Below are positions 40,901 through 53,324 of a stretch of DNA of 64,000 nucleotides, one piece after another. The stretch is from assembly GCF_037042905.1 (NCBI RefSeq), contig NC_087246.1, positions 26,412,001 to 26,476,000 on the forward strand, given 5' to 3'. The stretch comes from Lytechinus pictus. Its lineage: Eukaryota. A program made the position numbers and the translations under genes. Each line of letters opens with the position of its first letter. Within the stretch, counting starts at the first letter, position 1. The notes below the pieces were generated by a model. The model was given only the letters and a program-made list of their open reading frames with translations. It was not told where the DNA came from and did not search any database.

Positions 40901-42069
40901 ACAGGATCTTATGAGATCAGATCATCTTTACTTTCACTTTACAAACCCTCCCTTATCCTTAACACAACAACCATTCTTAACTATTCTCATAAAACTTACA
41001 AATTAGCACCAAAAAGCATGTAAGATAATACATGAGAACTCGTGAAACGATCAAACTAAGATCCAGAGCAGAGAAATCTTGATTACATTTTAAAAGGAGA
41101 GGCCATGGCATATCACTTCAAACTTATTCAACAATTTTTTATCTATTTATTCAACTATTTGATACAAATATTTTAGAGTCGGGTACAATTTTGAATTACT
41201 ATAAATGCTTTGCTTACAGTTATAATCCTTGATAGCATTAGGCGTTTTCATACCTACTTGATAACATAATACCAGGTATTTCGCTGGTGTGAAAGTTATT
41301 TCCCCAAGATTAAATACCTGCAAGTTTAAGTGCATATATTCAAAAATACAAAAACTTTTGAAGGAATTTATCCAAGGCATCCAGGATGTTTGCAGATTGA
41401 GAGTATAATACAAGAAATTAAATATAAGCTAGACCAGAAGGAACAATAGGAGTGCAAGATTCTTGTCTTGTCACTGGCTCATAACTCCATGACCTTTATC
41501 AGATCCAGGTCGGTGTGAACACACAATCTGAATCATCAGGTATTTTGGGGACTGAACATGAAGGCACCTATTGGGATACCAAAGAACAGACACATACAAA
41601 GTTTATAAGTCCCTTGATGAGAATTCAAATCAAATGGAAATATTTCAAAGTGTACGCGAAGCCTGAAGGTATACATAGGCTCTCTATCGTGATGATATTA
41701 TGAATTTCAAGGGCATAAAATGATGTCAGAGCGTTGATCCAGACATTCTCTGTCATCTCCCCCTTGTCAACTAGAAATAAAGCAGCTTTACTAAAGGCTT
41801 TACATCCGGACTGCCCTGGGCACAAACCATGCACCACCAACCTATACAACAACAGAGAGATGTACACAAAATATTTCAAAATCTAGATAATTTTTTTTTT
41901 TTCATTTCCAATGTCAAATGACCCAACTCTCCTCTCTAGAAACCATGTCAAGTTGCAAAATGCTTAGTCAGTGGTGTATGTAGGAAAAACAGCACCAAAG
42001 GCAAGCAGTAGAATGCACCCTTTCAAACATCTAGAGCAGAGGGTTAGTGCTGAAATCATGTCTTTTTAA

Positions 42070-42933
42070 AGATCCAGACCGGACCCGAAAATGAAATTGA
42101 TAAATTATATACCAATCGAAAGCTTATAAGCTACTAAATACAGCAAGGTATGCTTTATGCATTTTCACCGCTTCCCAGCTGAGTATTTTGCTTGTGAATA
42201 TTCCAATTATCGGGCTTCGAACCCCGCTTAGAAAATAGGCTTTATTGTGCTTTTCACCTGCCTCGAGACCGTGACGTCACGTTGTGTAAGAAGCGTCGTG
42301 ACTCCATAGGTTTGTACACAGAAAAACTGGGTGATTTTTTGCTTTCCAGATAACGCATTTCATTCTCTTCACTTCTATCACAGAGGGATATCACATATAT
42401 TTTTACCCACAAGCTTGAATTTATGAAATCTACAGTTTTGAACTAGTTTTTGCCATATTTTATTTCCTGCTTATTTGGCGCAGATTTCAATTCTATCTGC
42501 ATTTAGATTATATATAACAACTTTTCCTGACATAGCAATTTAGGCCCAATAAGAGCCAAACAAAGAAATCACAAAAAAGGTAGTGAATAGTTGTAGGTTT
42601 ACAACAATTTGAACAGTGAATAATTTTGAGTGCCATTTTCATCTGAAAACGAAAAAAAATATGGATTCATAACATGGAAATGGAAGAAAATACCCAATGC
42701 TTTTGTACACAAACCTATGGAATCACAACCCTCCTGACACAACGTGACGTCATCATTTCCAGGCGACGTGGGGTGCTCAATCGAAGCGTACTTTGGAGGA
42801 GCAGTTTCTTTGATTTTTATTTAATATTTGTCAGAAATGGAAGGAGTTTTATGTAATATTTTTGGTATATTTGTATTGTATGAATCATTACCTTTATTTT
42901 GATATATGACTGTTTTTACACCGGTCAGGGTCT
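42070..42933. mobile_element. Kolobok-type non-autonomous element (864 bp) with an internal inverted repeat
   Basis: TTAA on both sides (42066-42069, 42934-42937). TIR agatccagaccgg / ccggtcagggtct (11 of 13 match). Internal ~65-bp inverted arms at about 42271-42338 and 42687-42753. Confidence 0.85.
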
Positions 42934-43399
42934 TTAAGCTTTTGCTGCGATATCTTTAGGGTATTTTTTTCCTGGATTGGGGAAATATTTTAGTGGGTAT
43001 ATAAAGGGTTGAAGTGTTCACAGGTTTGGAGAACCTGTATGTTGCATATGTGTAGGCCTGCAGAATGTATTTTACCCCCCCCCCCTTGGGAACTAATGGT
43101 TATTATTAACAATAAAATGCTAAAATGAATACACTAAATAGTGATAATCAATATATTTGGGTGTCCCTACAGCTCATTACTAATTAATATATTACTTATT
43201 AGTTTTTATTACATATAGGCATATGTACATTGACTAACCTAATTAATATATTTAATATAACTCATGAGTTATTAACATTGAATGCCCCTCCCAATGTAAT
43301 ATTAATTACAGTTCAATTACTAATAAATTACTGATTAATTAATGATCAATAGTGATTACCAGGTCCCTTGGAGTGTACTTCAATTGCCCTGATAGCTTA

Positions 43400-43642
43400 C
43401 ACAGTAAAAGCAATGTTTAAAATTTCATACAACACTTTACTATATGAACCTTACAGTAGTTGTTTAACATTTCAAACAACCATGCTTAATTTATGAAGAA
43501 TTGAATAGTAAAAAAATGAAACTTTGTTTAAGATTTCAAACACTTGTTTACACTGTTTTAAACAACTACTGTTGGGTCCATACAGTAAAAAGCATTGTAT
43601 TAAGATATTAAAACAAAATATTAAAACAACATGTTTAATGTG
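43400..43642 (+). mobile_element. Second copy of the CACAGTAA-ended element
   Basis: Starts ta|cacagtaaaa and is homologous to 34565-34834. The right end is decayed (ttaatgtg|ta). Confidence 0.6.
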
Positions 43643-43779
43643 TACGAGAATAAATGTTTCTTAAAGGGTCAGATAAACCACTCGCAACAAACCAAACTAA
43701 TCTTCCAACATGTATTTTCTTTGAATCATAGCATAACTACCAAAAGGAAATTTTCATTCAACTTGGGTACAGCTATTAA

Positions 43780-44173
43780 AGAGAAATTCCAGTAGTTGCA
43801 GTAAACACTGATTTCATGAGAAAGTCTGTAAAACCAGGCTTAATTGTCAGTATATCATCGAGGATCTAGATCTGGTACAGTTACATAAACTGAACTTTGT
43901 GAAATCTTGAAATCTACGCTGAATAATATTCAGACTGAACTTCCCCAACACAGATAAGCGCACGTGGGACAGTGTATAATTATTGCTTTGAGCGTCGGGC
44001 CCGACGCTCTACCCGAACCTGTGCTTATTTGCTGATTTCTCAGCAATTACACAATTTCTTCCAGAATCCTTTGGCACATGCGTTTTATTTATACAGACAG
44101 ACACTTCGATGGTCATTTCATTGGATTCTGTACAAACTCATTTTGATATCGTTACCAAAACTAGCATTTACCT
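43780..44173 (+). mobile_element. Kolobok-type MITE family A (394 bp)
   Basis: TTAA on both sides (43776-43779, 44174-44177). Starts agagaaattccagt. Nearly identical over long stretches to 53325-53718. Confidence 0.95.
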
Positions 44174-44199
44174 TTAAGACCTGGTGTGATCGATCTTGA

Positions 44200-44334
44200 G
44201 GAGAGTTTCACGAAGCATCTTCTCAGGGATTTTCACTCACAAACTTGCTCTGAGCCAATCAGATGCAAGGATTTCAGTAGCTTATAACAATTGTGAGTGA
44301 AAATCATAGACTATCTGCTCCATGAAACGCTTCC
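44200..44334. mobile_element. Short MITE (~135 bp)
   Basis: Ends ggagagtttcacg / catgaaacgcttcc. Perfect 15-bp inner inverted repeat gattttcactcacaa (44228-44242) / ttgtgagtgaaaatc (44291-44305). Confidence 0.75.
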
Positions 44335-44720
44335 TGGCTTTGGCATTTGGGTATGGGAAGAGGGTATGGTATCATACAATGATTGAAACATCTCGAGTTG
44401 TTTGGTATGTTGTGGGGCATGTTGAGATGTATGTAATAAACTTGATTTGATGCGAGTGGTATGCGTGGTATTTAGCTCCGGTGGTGATTATCTCTCAACA
44501 AGATGACTCTCTTACCATACCCCGTTCATATATGATGATCAATCACCATAATTATGATCAATATGTGAAGTGCTTCATCTAGAAACTCATCATCTATAAG
44601 CTCATCAAGGGGCTACATATTCTAAAACTGCCCCTAGACCAATGAAAACCAAAACAAAGCAAAGAAATTTCTCTAGAATATTAATTTGGATACTCGAATA
44701 TATTGGGGATTTTAGGGGGA

Positions 44721-44913
44721 TTTTTTTTTAAACCTGATTGTTAAGCAAGCATGAATGCTTGTAAGCAAACAACCAGAGGACCGACGGCTTAAGGTCCTCT
44801 CCGTAGGACCTGGTAATGAGGATTAATGCCTTACCAAAGGGCACTAGCGCACCAAGTGGGAATCGAACCCGGATCACCGGAATACGAATCCCCCGCTCTA
44901 CAGACTGAGCTAT
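44721..44913 (-). mobile_element. tRNA-derived SINE with intact A/B boxes and Deu-like core start
   Basis: Minus strand atagctcagtctgtagagcg (A box) ... gggttcgattccc (B box), then gtgccctttggtaaggcattaatcc and ggtcctacggagaggaccttaagccgtcggtcc (resembles the DeuSINE core start). Ends in an A run. Confidence 0.85.
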
Positions 44914-47796
44914 TAATAAATGAAAAATATTATCTGATCAGTTTTTTGGTGTGAACAGCCACCCTGCCATCCTATCTGCATGGAGATGACTGGTTCCATG
45001 ATATAAATATTTTGTTGAATTCTGGACAGTTGAATGGCTTCATTGGAGTTCTATATAACATCAATCACAAAGCCTAATTGACAGACATAGGGATATAACT
45101 TGGTAGACACCATCTCAAATGATTAGCCAATACCCTCATTAAAGACTCAATATTTCTTCTTGAAGAAATTCATTCGGGGTTAATTAAGAATTGGAAAACC
45201 TCTTTCAAACAGCTTTTTTAATATTTTATTTGGGTGATGTATTGACAATCCATATAACTAGGACAACATGAAAGTAACTAATAGTCAAGCTGATCAACTT
45301 GTTTGACCTTAATAATTAGCATTAAGTTTTATTTTAATCATGCTATTTCAAATATTTTTAATCTAATTTCATTTTTGTAATATTTTTTTCAATTACTTCA
45401 AATTACAATCATACATTAATTACAACTTCCAAAATTGTAGTTTAAGTAATATACTTTGACCGCATATTAGGATAGAACAAATATCTTCCACATGTGAAAA
45501 AAACATTACAGAACCACTTGAAGTTCATGTAATTAATGTTTTGTTTTCAAGATTTCAAACACTCCGCTTACTTTGGCAATGATATCGAAAACATTGAAAG
45601 TGAATTTCAAGGAGTAATATAAATGATTACTAACATACGACGATCGGGTAGGATTCTTTCAACACAAACATAAATTGAGGTTAATACACTGTCGATAGGA
45701 AATGATGAATGTGGACTTAAAACAAAAGGAACTATTAAAGAAAGGAGCGCGCCTTCTTGGCTACATCATAGGTAAAAAACACCAGCAATAACAAGGCTAG
45801 GAAGAAAGTTGGCTTCCGTCATCCGTAGCGCTAATGGGGCGCTTATGATTACTTGCCTTGCCAGTAATTATCATTGTTTTCCTGGACTTGAAAATGAATT
45901 CGGAGTGAGTCAGAACTAGAATTGTGATTGCTTATTTCACAGGAAGCCTAACATTTGCAAGACAAAGTCAAGATTCTCAAGGCTATCGTTGGATTGGAAA
46001 CTGCAAGTTTCAATAACAGAACTAATAAGTACTTTATCAAACTTACGGAATATAACCCTTTATGCTCCCTTAGTTGCAAAGTGTGTATTTACCATGAGAT
46101 GAACATAACACGTAATAAGAAAAAAAATCATCAATATAAATGATAATAGAACATGATATGCAGATAGAATATTTACCACTAATTTTGCTTTACGTTAACT
46201 TTCGCAATTGATAAGCAGTATTGCAAAACTTTTTGATAAGAAAGTTGTCACCCAGCTTTGTTACCTTAATCAAGAAAATCTGCAAAAGCGATACAGTGCA
46301 GAAATGATTAAAAAGGAAATTGATTGAGGAAATCGAGGTGGAAAAAAATAGAAGATCTATATTTCTTCTAAAAATGGTCAAAATATGATTGCGGGTTATA
46401 TATCTTCAAAAACAGAGAATGAATTAGAATATAATCAAAGAATGAGAAAAACAAGGAAAACACTAATGGAAACATTACAAAATTACAGAAATGGAATTCG
46501 ATTTAGGATTTTTTCCATTACTCCCATCGACTAAAATTCCTTCAAACATTTGTTTACACCATTTCAAAAGATAATTAAATGATGGCATCTTTGAAGTGGT
46601 TTGCCGAAATGTCTCAGAATAAAAGAATCTGAATGAGTTTGTATCTAATCTCTTGTTTTCAAGTTGTCATTAAAAAAACTTGCATGAATGAGAGAAATAT
46701 ACTTTCAATGAAATATCAAATATATCCCTCATTATAATCCACAAAGTGCAATATTATTTTCTATTTTTCAGGAAGACATGGGTAGGCTATTTCCCTCTTG
46801 TATAACCTATTTAATACCCCAACAATGATAAAATCTTATTTAAGGCTGCATTTAATCAACACTTTTTGCCCTAGAATCATCGTTTTCAAAGAAGTATACT
46901 TCAAACCTCCGGTGCCTTCAATCAATATTCATCAGTCGCAAAGACAAATGTTTATAAAAACGTGAACAAAAAATTCTGAAAAATATATATTTTGAAAGAT
47001 ATGGTTCAGCAAAAAGAGTGATAAGAAAGTAAGATTGAGTGCAGTCACGATTATACAATAGGCCTTCTTCCAGTTTGGACATATATTGCACACATTCAAG
47101 GTTGATTTTATTTCTGCGGTCAAACTCGCTGATTGTGCGATACATGGTGAGTATTCTTTAAAAGAGAAAACATAGCGATTAACCACTTTCCCATATTACG
47201 CACATTTTTATTTTTATGCATGCATTTTGATTTGTGATTCTTGTTAGCAATTTCATCCCAAGTAATGTTTTGATTCAAGGCACTCAAAGTTGACTCATTA
47301 CAATAATATGTATTCATAGGTAAATTTGAAAGCAATCCCTAATCTAAACATCCTTCTGAAGATCAAAGTTTAACTATCAAAACCTCCCTTCCTTAATCAC
47401 AGCTCCACACACCACTTTCAGTTTTCTGATTTCCAAGAATCTATTTCTGTGGTTTTGACTTGTTCTTCTCATACAAAGAACTCAAACACCAAATGATCCA
47501 ATCAACAGTATTCCATCATCTGTAATTAATATTAAACCTTAAATAAAACCCTAATTATGGTCGTCATGAAATCACTCATTTTTATCTTCTAAGAATTTCA
47601 TAGAAATCATTCCTGTATTATAACAAAGTAATATATTATCCTCATTAACCACACACTATATTTGGATTAACAAAGAAGACATTGTCTGTTGATATTTCAC
47701 ACAATTTTCTTTCCAACACAGATGCACATTTCCCCTTCTGCACCGATTAAAAAAATGAGAAATATAATTTTTTTTATAGATCATTTATGTAACAGA

Positions 47797-47931
47797 ATCA
47801 GTTGGTAGGCCCAGGCAACTTCAGTTCGGAACCTTGGTGCACTGGTGCCCTATGGTAAGGCATTATTCTTATCACCATGTCTCTCGGAGAGATCCTTAAT
47901 CCATCAGTCCTCTGGTTGCTTATAAAAAAAA
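47797..47931 (+). mobile_element. Decayed second copy of the same SINE
   Basis: cttggtgcactggtgccctatggtaaggcattattctt...cggagagatccttaatccatcagtcctctggttg aligns with the reverse complement of 44771-44857. Confidence 0.8.
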
Positions 47932-48735
47932 TTCAGTAAACAAGTAAAAGAGCCATTGCCACCACAATCAATTATATCCTAACCAACCAAAAAAAAACAT
48001 TTAGTATCAAATATTTTTTTTTTTTAAACCTTAAATTGGCTTAGACAAAGAATTAGGCCTAATGCAATGATCACAATGGGCAATGTTTTTTGCTTCCACT
48101 TTCCTTTTAGTTTTTCAACCATTACTGATGGGATTCTTTCTGAATTATTCTGATATACAGATGGAAGAAAACATGATCTGCTATGTGATTTGCATTAGTT
48201 CAGTATATCATATACTGGAAATTGAAATGAAATAAAAATCTCAATTCATCATTCTATTGTAATAACAGGGACAATTCAGAAGTACATACCCACCTGTACC
48301 CATAATAAATCCACTAGGGGGATGTCCCATTTTCACAAAAAATACCTTTTGTTTAAAAAATTGCAAATAAATCTATCTTACAGCAGGCTGAAAACCTTAT
48401 CTTCATTGAGAATTAGACGTTATAATGATAAAATTACAATGTAAAATGTATCTAGAAAAAAATATGAAAATGAAAGAAATAAAGCGTGTTGTTTCCAGGT
48501 AGACTGCCATGATTATAAAGATAAATTAATTGGGAAATGTTGAAAGAAAATGCCTTTGGAAATGAATGAAAACCTGAATGATTTGAAAGCAGAAATAAAT
48601 AAAAAATGAAATAGCTTAACCATAATATGATATGGCAATATGAAATAAATCAGAAAGAAAATTGAATAGGTTGTATGAAAAACCCTTAAAACATAATCTG
48701 TATACCGGTATATGCATATCTCTCGATTTATTGGC

Positions 48736-49222
48736 AGATTCTTAAAAAGAAAGGGAGATGAGAGAGTGAAGGTAAAGGAGCCATGTTCAAATGCAGATAA
48801 TTCTATCCTCCAGGATTAGAAGAAAGATTCAGAGAAAGACAGGGCATTGAGAGAGTGAAGGAGCACTGTTCAAAGGAAGATTATTCTATCCTCTCGAAGT
48901 AGAAGGAAGATTCTTGACAAGAAAAGACAATGAATGAGTGAAGATAAATGAGCAATGTTCAAAGGCGGATCATTCTATCCTCTAGAAGTAAAGATTCTTA
49001 GAAAGAAAGGGAGAGGAGCGAGGGAAGGTGAAGGAATAATGTTCAAGGCTGATTATTCTATCCTCTAGAAGTAGAAGGAAGATTCTAAGAGAGGACAATG
49101 AATGGGTGAAGAAGTATATACTCAAATGTAGAACATGCTTTCCTCTCGAAGTAGAAGGAAGATTCTCCGAAAGAGAGGGAGATGAATAAGTGAGAGAAGG
49201 TGAAGGAGCAACGTTCAAAGGC
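48736..49222. repeat. Purine-rich minisatellite, unit 80-89 bp, about 5.5-6 copies
   Basis: The core tgttcaaagg..gattattctatcctctagaagtagaaggaagattct recurs with ttctatcctc anchors at 48801, 48884, 48973, 49056 and a variant at ~49136. Confidence 0.95.
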
Positions 49223-49548
49223 TAGGCACATGTCACCGAGCAGAGCAGCTCTGTTGACAAATCCAACAAGCACGGTGACAAACCAGTGGTATGTAACCTT
49301 ACAGACCTGAATAAGACTATGCCTCTACGCACAGCACACCGATCGGATCGCCGAGGCGGGGGAAGTCGGAGAGAGAGAGAACTACTCAAGGGGAGACAAC
49401 CAAAGAGGGCAAAAAAAAAAAGACGGGGAGAGAGAGAACGAGGCTATAGAAATCTGCGGTTGGGCTAGTATACACAGTGGATCTCACATTTCTTTTCAAC
49501 TAGCAACTACCTTTCAGTATGGGGTTCAAGTCTAACTTTCTAACTCAC

Positions 49549-50110
49549 CTGCATAAGGGTAAACCAATCATTATCCAACAACCGAACGTACCGACGAACC
49601 TCCGCTATTTCGGAACTTTTTTCCAGATAAATTTTCCTTGAACCGGTGTGATTAGTTCGGATACATCACCACAATGTAAGGTAGGTATTCCAATGGTTTT
49701 GTTAAGTCCATTTGATGATTGAAAGTCCAGAAAGTTGTTATCTCCACTGTATGCAATGTCGACTGCTATCAGACGGCTAGCAGCACGCAATCACTTCACT
49801 CCCAGCCTCCCTCGTCCTTAGGCAGGGCTTCGGCCATACACACGCTACAAACTTGAGCGGCTCTAAAAAGTTGATGGGAAATACGAAGCGAGCCGAGAAT
49901 TGACAAAGGAGAGCGGCAGAGAAAGAGAGAAAAACAGTAGGACTTCTCCCGTACAGAGATAAAGAACCAATCCACACTGAAATTGAGTTCCCCAATTGGC
50001 TAGGTCATAATTGCACTGGCATGTATGTATGTATGTATATACACAGACACTCGGCAAGTCGGCCTATTCCCCCCTGCGGATTGTTGTGTCCTATAGCTCA
50101 CCCAATCAGC
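49549..50110 (-). promoter_or_regulatory. Candidate alternative promoter and first exon ending in ATG CAG|gtgagt
   Basis: Non-repeat CpG-rich block at about 49330-50130. CCAAT words at 49967, 49992, 50102, 50255 and 50354. Consensus donor CAG|GTGAGT at 49549/49548, with an ATG at 49554 immediately before it. TSS not determined. Confidence 0.55.
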
Positions 50111-52640
50111 GACAAAAACTGGCGAGCTTATAATTACAGAGACTCCTGGTATGTGCAGAAATGGTAGTGGCCAAGACTAAAGCAAAATGAAACGAGGTCA
50201 AGGGCGTCTAATTTATGCAGCCAGTCTCTCATATTTGCACTCATTCTAGACGTGATTGGACAGTTGCAGTATGACTTCAGCCTCAATCTTAGCTTTTTTT
50301 TTCTCCCCTTCTTAGTAGATAGGGACAGGTTGAGATAGCCACTTTCAGGGGAACCAATTAGCATTAGTTTAGGCAAGAAAACTTCTCTCCTCCACTTCTC
50401 CACTGGTTTCTCTCGTGGTCTCTATGGAGCGTATGGATGGCATTGCACTCAGATTTGTTCTCTGGGATATGAGCCTTAACTTTACTTCAACTATTCATCC
50501 ATATCATTAATTAATCATTAATGAATGTTTTTCTTGTATGGATTTGGATGTTATATCAAAACTGAAACTGAACTTTTCCCTATTAACTTGTAGAATTATT
50601 ATTTTTGTATTATGGTGCATCATGCATCTTACAATAATGTATATTTCTTATTCCAAAAGATGATTCACTGACATCGTTTTTTTTTTCAGCGCAACTTCTT
50701 TTCACATTTAAGGACTCTTTTTAGACATATTTTCTCATCTAACATGAATTTCAAATATTTAAAGCTATATACTAAGTCTTGACTTTTCCCTCTGTTTTGG
50801 TAAACATGATGTTTTTGTATCTGCTTTGCTCTCTGTATCAACTGCATGCATGTCTACATCATCCACGTGGGATAAATTAAGTGTGTCTTGTGCTACATAG
50901 AGTAGTACAATTCTTCCTTTGATATTTACCAAAGAATGAAAGAATATTACGTAATCTTAGTGGGAGTAGTAGTAGCTGCAGTAAATACAGTGGTACTAAT
51001 TGCTGTAATATTGCATAAAATTGTAAATGTTAATTGTCATATTTCATCAGAGTCCCCCCCCCCCCTCGCACTCTATTCTCATCTTATCACTTGCAAACTA
51101 ATATGCTTTTGTAACCAATTTACATTACAATAACAAGAAAAAACTTGACTTTCCACTTTGGCATTTGGTATAGCCTTCTTTCCCCAAGTGACAAACAGAT
51201 TCCAGTCCTTCTGTTACTCAAGACATTGACGAAGACAGTCTCTAGTTAGCATCAAAGGGACTTACATGTATGTTAGTACCTCCATGCTTATTCTACACAC
51301 GATCCATGATACAGGCTTTAAGCTCCGATCTACCCTCCCAAACTACGCTCTTCTGATCAGTTGTACTTGATATCCCTGGACTAACCATTTGTGATCAAGT
51401 TTTACATTTATCTGCTCTATCCTACCAGTCTGCTAAACTATCACATCTCTCCATGATACACCCCCTCAAAGAGGTCATCAAAAGTGGAAGGGGAAAAAAG
51501 AGAAAATGAAAGAAAACAGCCTGTTAAAAATGTGTTTAATTAGACATGACCCTTACAAGATGAGGTAACGACTGAGCCTAAGGTCTCCTCAATTACATGA
51601 TCCCTAAATCTACCAGCTTCAACCCTACACCCCTCATACAACACCCCTGCTACCCTCATTAGCATTTTCGGTAATCCCCTCAAAAATATGGTAGCAGCTA
51701 CGTGACTTCACGTTTTAATTCGGCCCTCTTCCTATACTCCTACTTTGCTGGAGCTTGCTGTAGGCTGTAGGCCGTGTGATGAACTTGCTGTATATTATAC
51801 TCTAGAAACTCATATATAGCATAGTATAAGAATTTAGAACAAGTTCCATCAGAAATATCCTGAAAAATACTTTGTTTTCATTTGAAGACATTTTTTCTCA
51901 AGGAAAAACATTGCATTTTTTATGTGAAGTCACTTTTGAATACCTGCTTTCCAATGTGGTTTATAAAGCATACTACACAATCTGTTGCAATCCTATTTTA
52001 AAAGAAATTGTGATAAAATTTGATACGAGCATTTCAACCTCAAAAATATAAATGATCAAATTCTGATTAGTAACCAGTATGAATACTTAAATCAAAATTT
52101 TGAGCTTCCCTGGAGAAAAAAAAAGAAATTTAACTCCACATCAAAATGATGTCATCATCAGCAGAGACTTGAAGCTGAAGTGGACTTTACTCTGACAGCA
52201 AAACAGATTTCTGATTTTTGTATTGCAAGCATTATGCCAAACTTCAGACAAAGTTATTGTACTTCTTGGAAGTTTCATATTCAGTTAAAACTGATTTGTC
52301 AAGAAGTCGCATTGCAGTGAGAGCGTGTAGCGTGCAGCAGGCTTTCGTGATGTTTGAAGCTCTTTTGAGTTTTCTTCATATTCAAATTGTATCATAAAAT
52401 GCACATTGTGCAAAAGATTAATTCTAAATCTTATATTCATGTGGGTAAGATTCACAATTCAAATGTCTCTAGTAAAAAAAAAGTTCCAGTCCTTAAAGTA
52501 TTTGCATATTTTGTGTGTGTTTTTTTGCGTTAAAAAAAACTTCTCAAATATATTAAGGATGGAAACACCTTTCTGATAAACGATACTTCAATCATAATAA
52601 AATTATCTGAAGGGCCTTTTCAATAAAGTAATTATATTAA

Positions 52641-53230
52641 AGGTCAAGTCCACCTCAGAAAAAAGTTGTTTTGAATCAACAGAGAAAAATCAGACAAGCA
52701 TAATGCTGAAAATTTCATCAAAATCGGATGTAAAATAAGAAAGTTATGACATTTTGAAATTTTCGCTTATCTTTCACAAAATAGTTATATGCACAATTTA
52801 CCCACATGCATATGAGAGAATCGATGATGTCCCTCACTCACTATTTTGTTTTTTATTGTTTGAATTATACAATATTTCAATTTTTACAGATTTGACAACA
52901 AGGACCACCTTGACTGAACCATATAATGTTAAGCAATGGTAACTCCACATGTTCAGTGAGAAATAAAACTTTGTTTCACAGGACAATGAGGATAAAATTA
53001 GAATATTTCATTTTTCAAATAAAAGAAAAAGTGAGTAAGTGATGTCATCAGTTCCCTCATTTGCATACCGACCAGGATGTGCATACAACTATTATGTGAA
53101 ATTAAGCGAAACTTTAAAATGTCATAACTTTCTTATTTTACATCCGATTTTGATGAAATTTTCAGTGTTATGCTAGTTTGATTTTTCTCTTTTCATTCAA
53201 ATCAACTTTTTGTCGGGGTGGACTTGTCCT
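52641..53230. mobile_element. Kolobok-type MITE (590 bp) with ~130-bp imperfect TIRs
   Basis: TTAA on both sides (52637-52640, 53231-53234). Left aggtcaagtccacc..ctgaaaatttcatcaaaatcggatgtaaaataagaaagttatgacatttt is mirrored at the right by aaaatgtcataactttcttattttacatccgattttgatgaaattttcag..ggtggacttgtcct. Confidence 0.95.
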
Positions 53231-53324
53231 TTAACAGAAAGAGTGCATTAATATACCATTCATGATGCTTCAATATATGGTAAAGACAGTATCAGAGAAT
53301 CTCTGAAAACTTTGGCATCTTTAA

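Noticed and set aside
43086-43377. Very AT-rich TAAT-dense block that might be a MITE
   Set aside because: The terminal inverted similarity is too weak to define ends.
44846-44913. tRNA gene on the minus strand
   Set aside because: It has A/B boxes but no complete acceptor stem, runs straight into a SINE body, and has a decayed second copy at 47797.
48736-49222. CRISPR-like repeat/spacer appearance
   Set aside because: The variable segments are homologous to each other, the repeats are degenerate, there are no cas genes, and the context is eukaryotic. It is a minisatellite.
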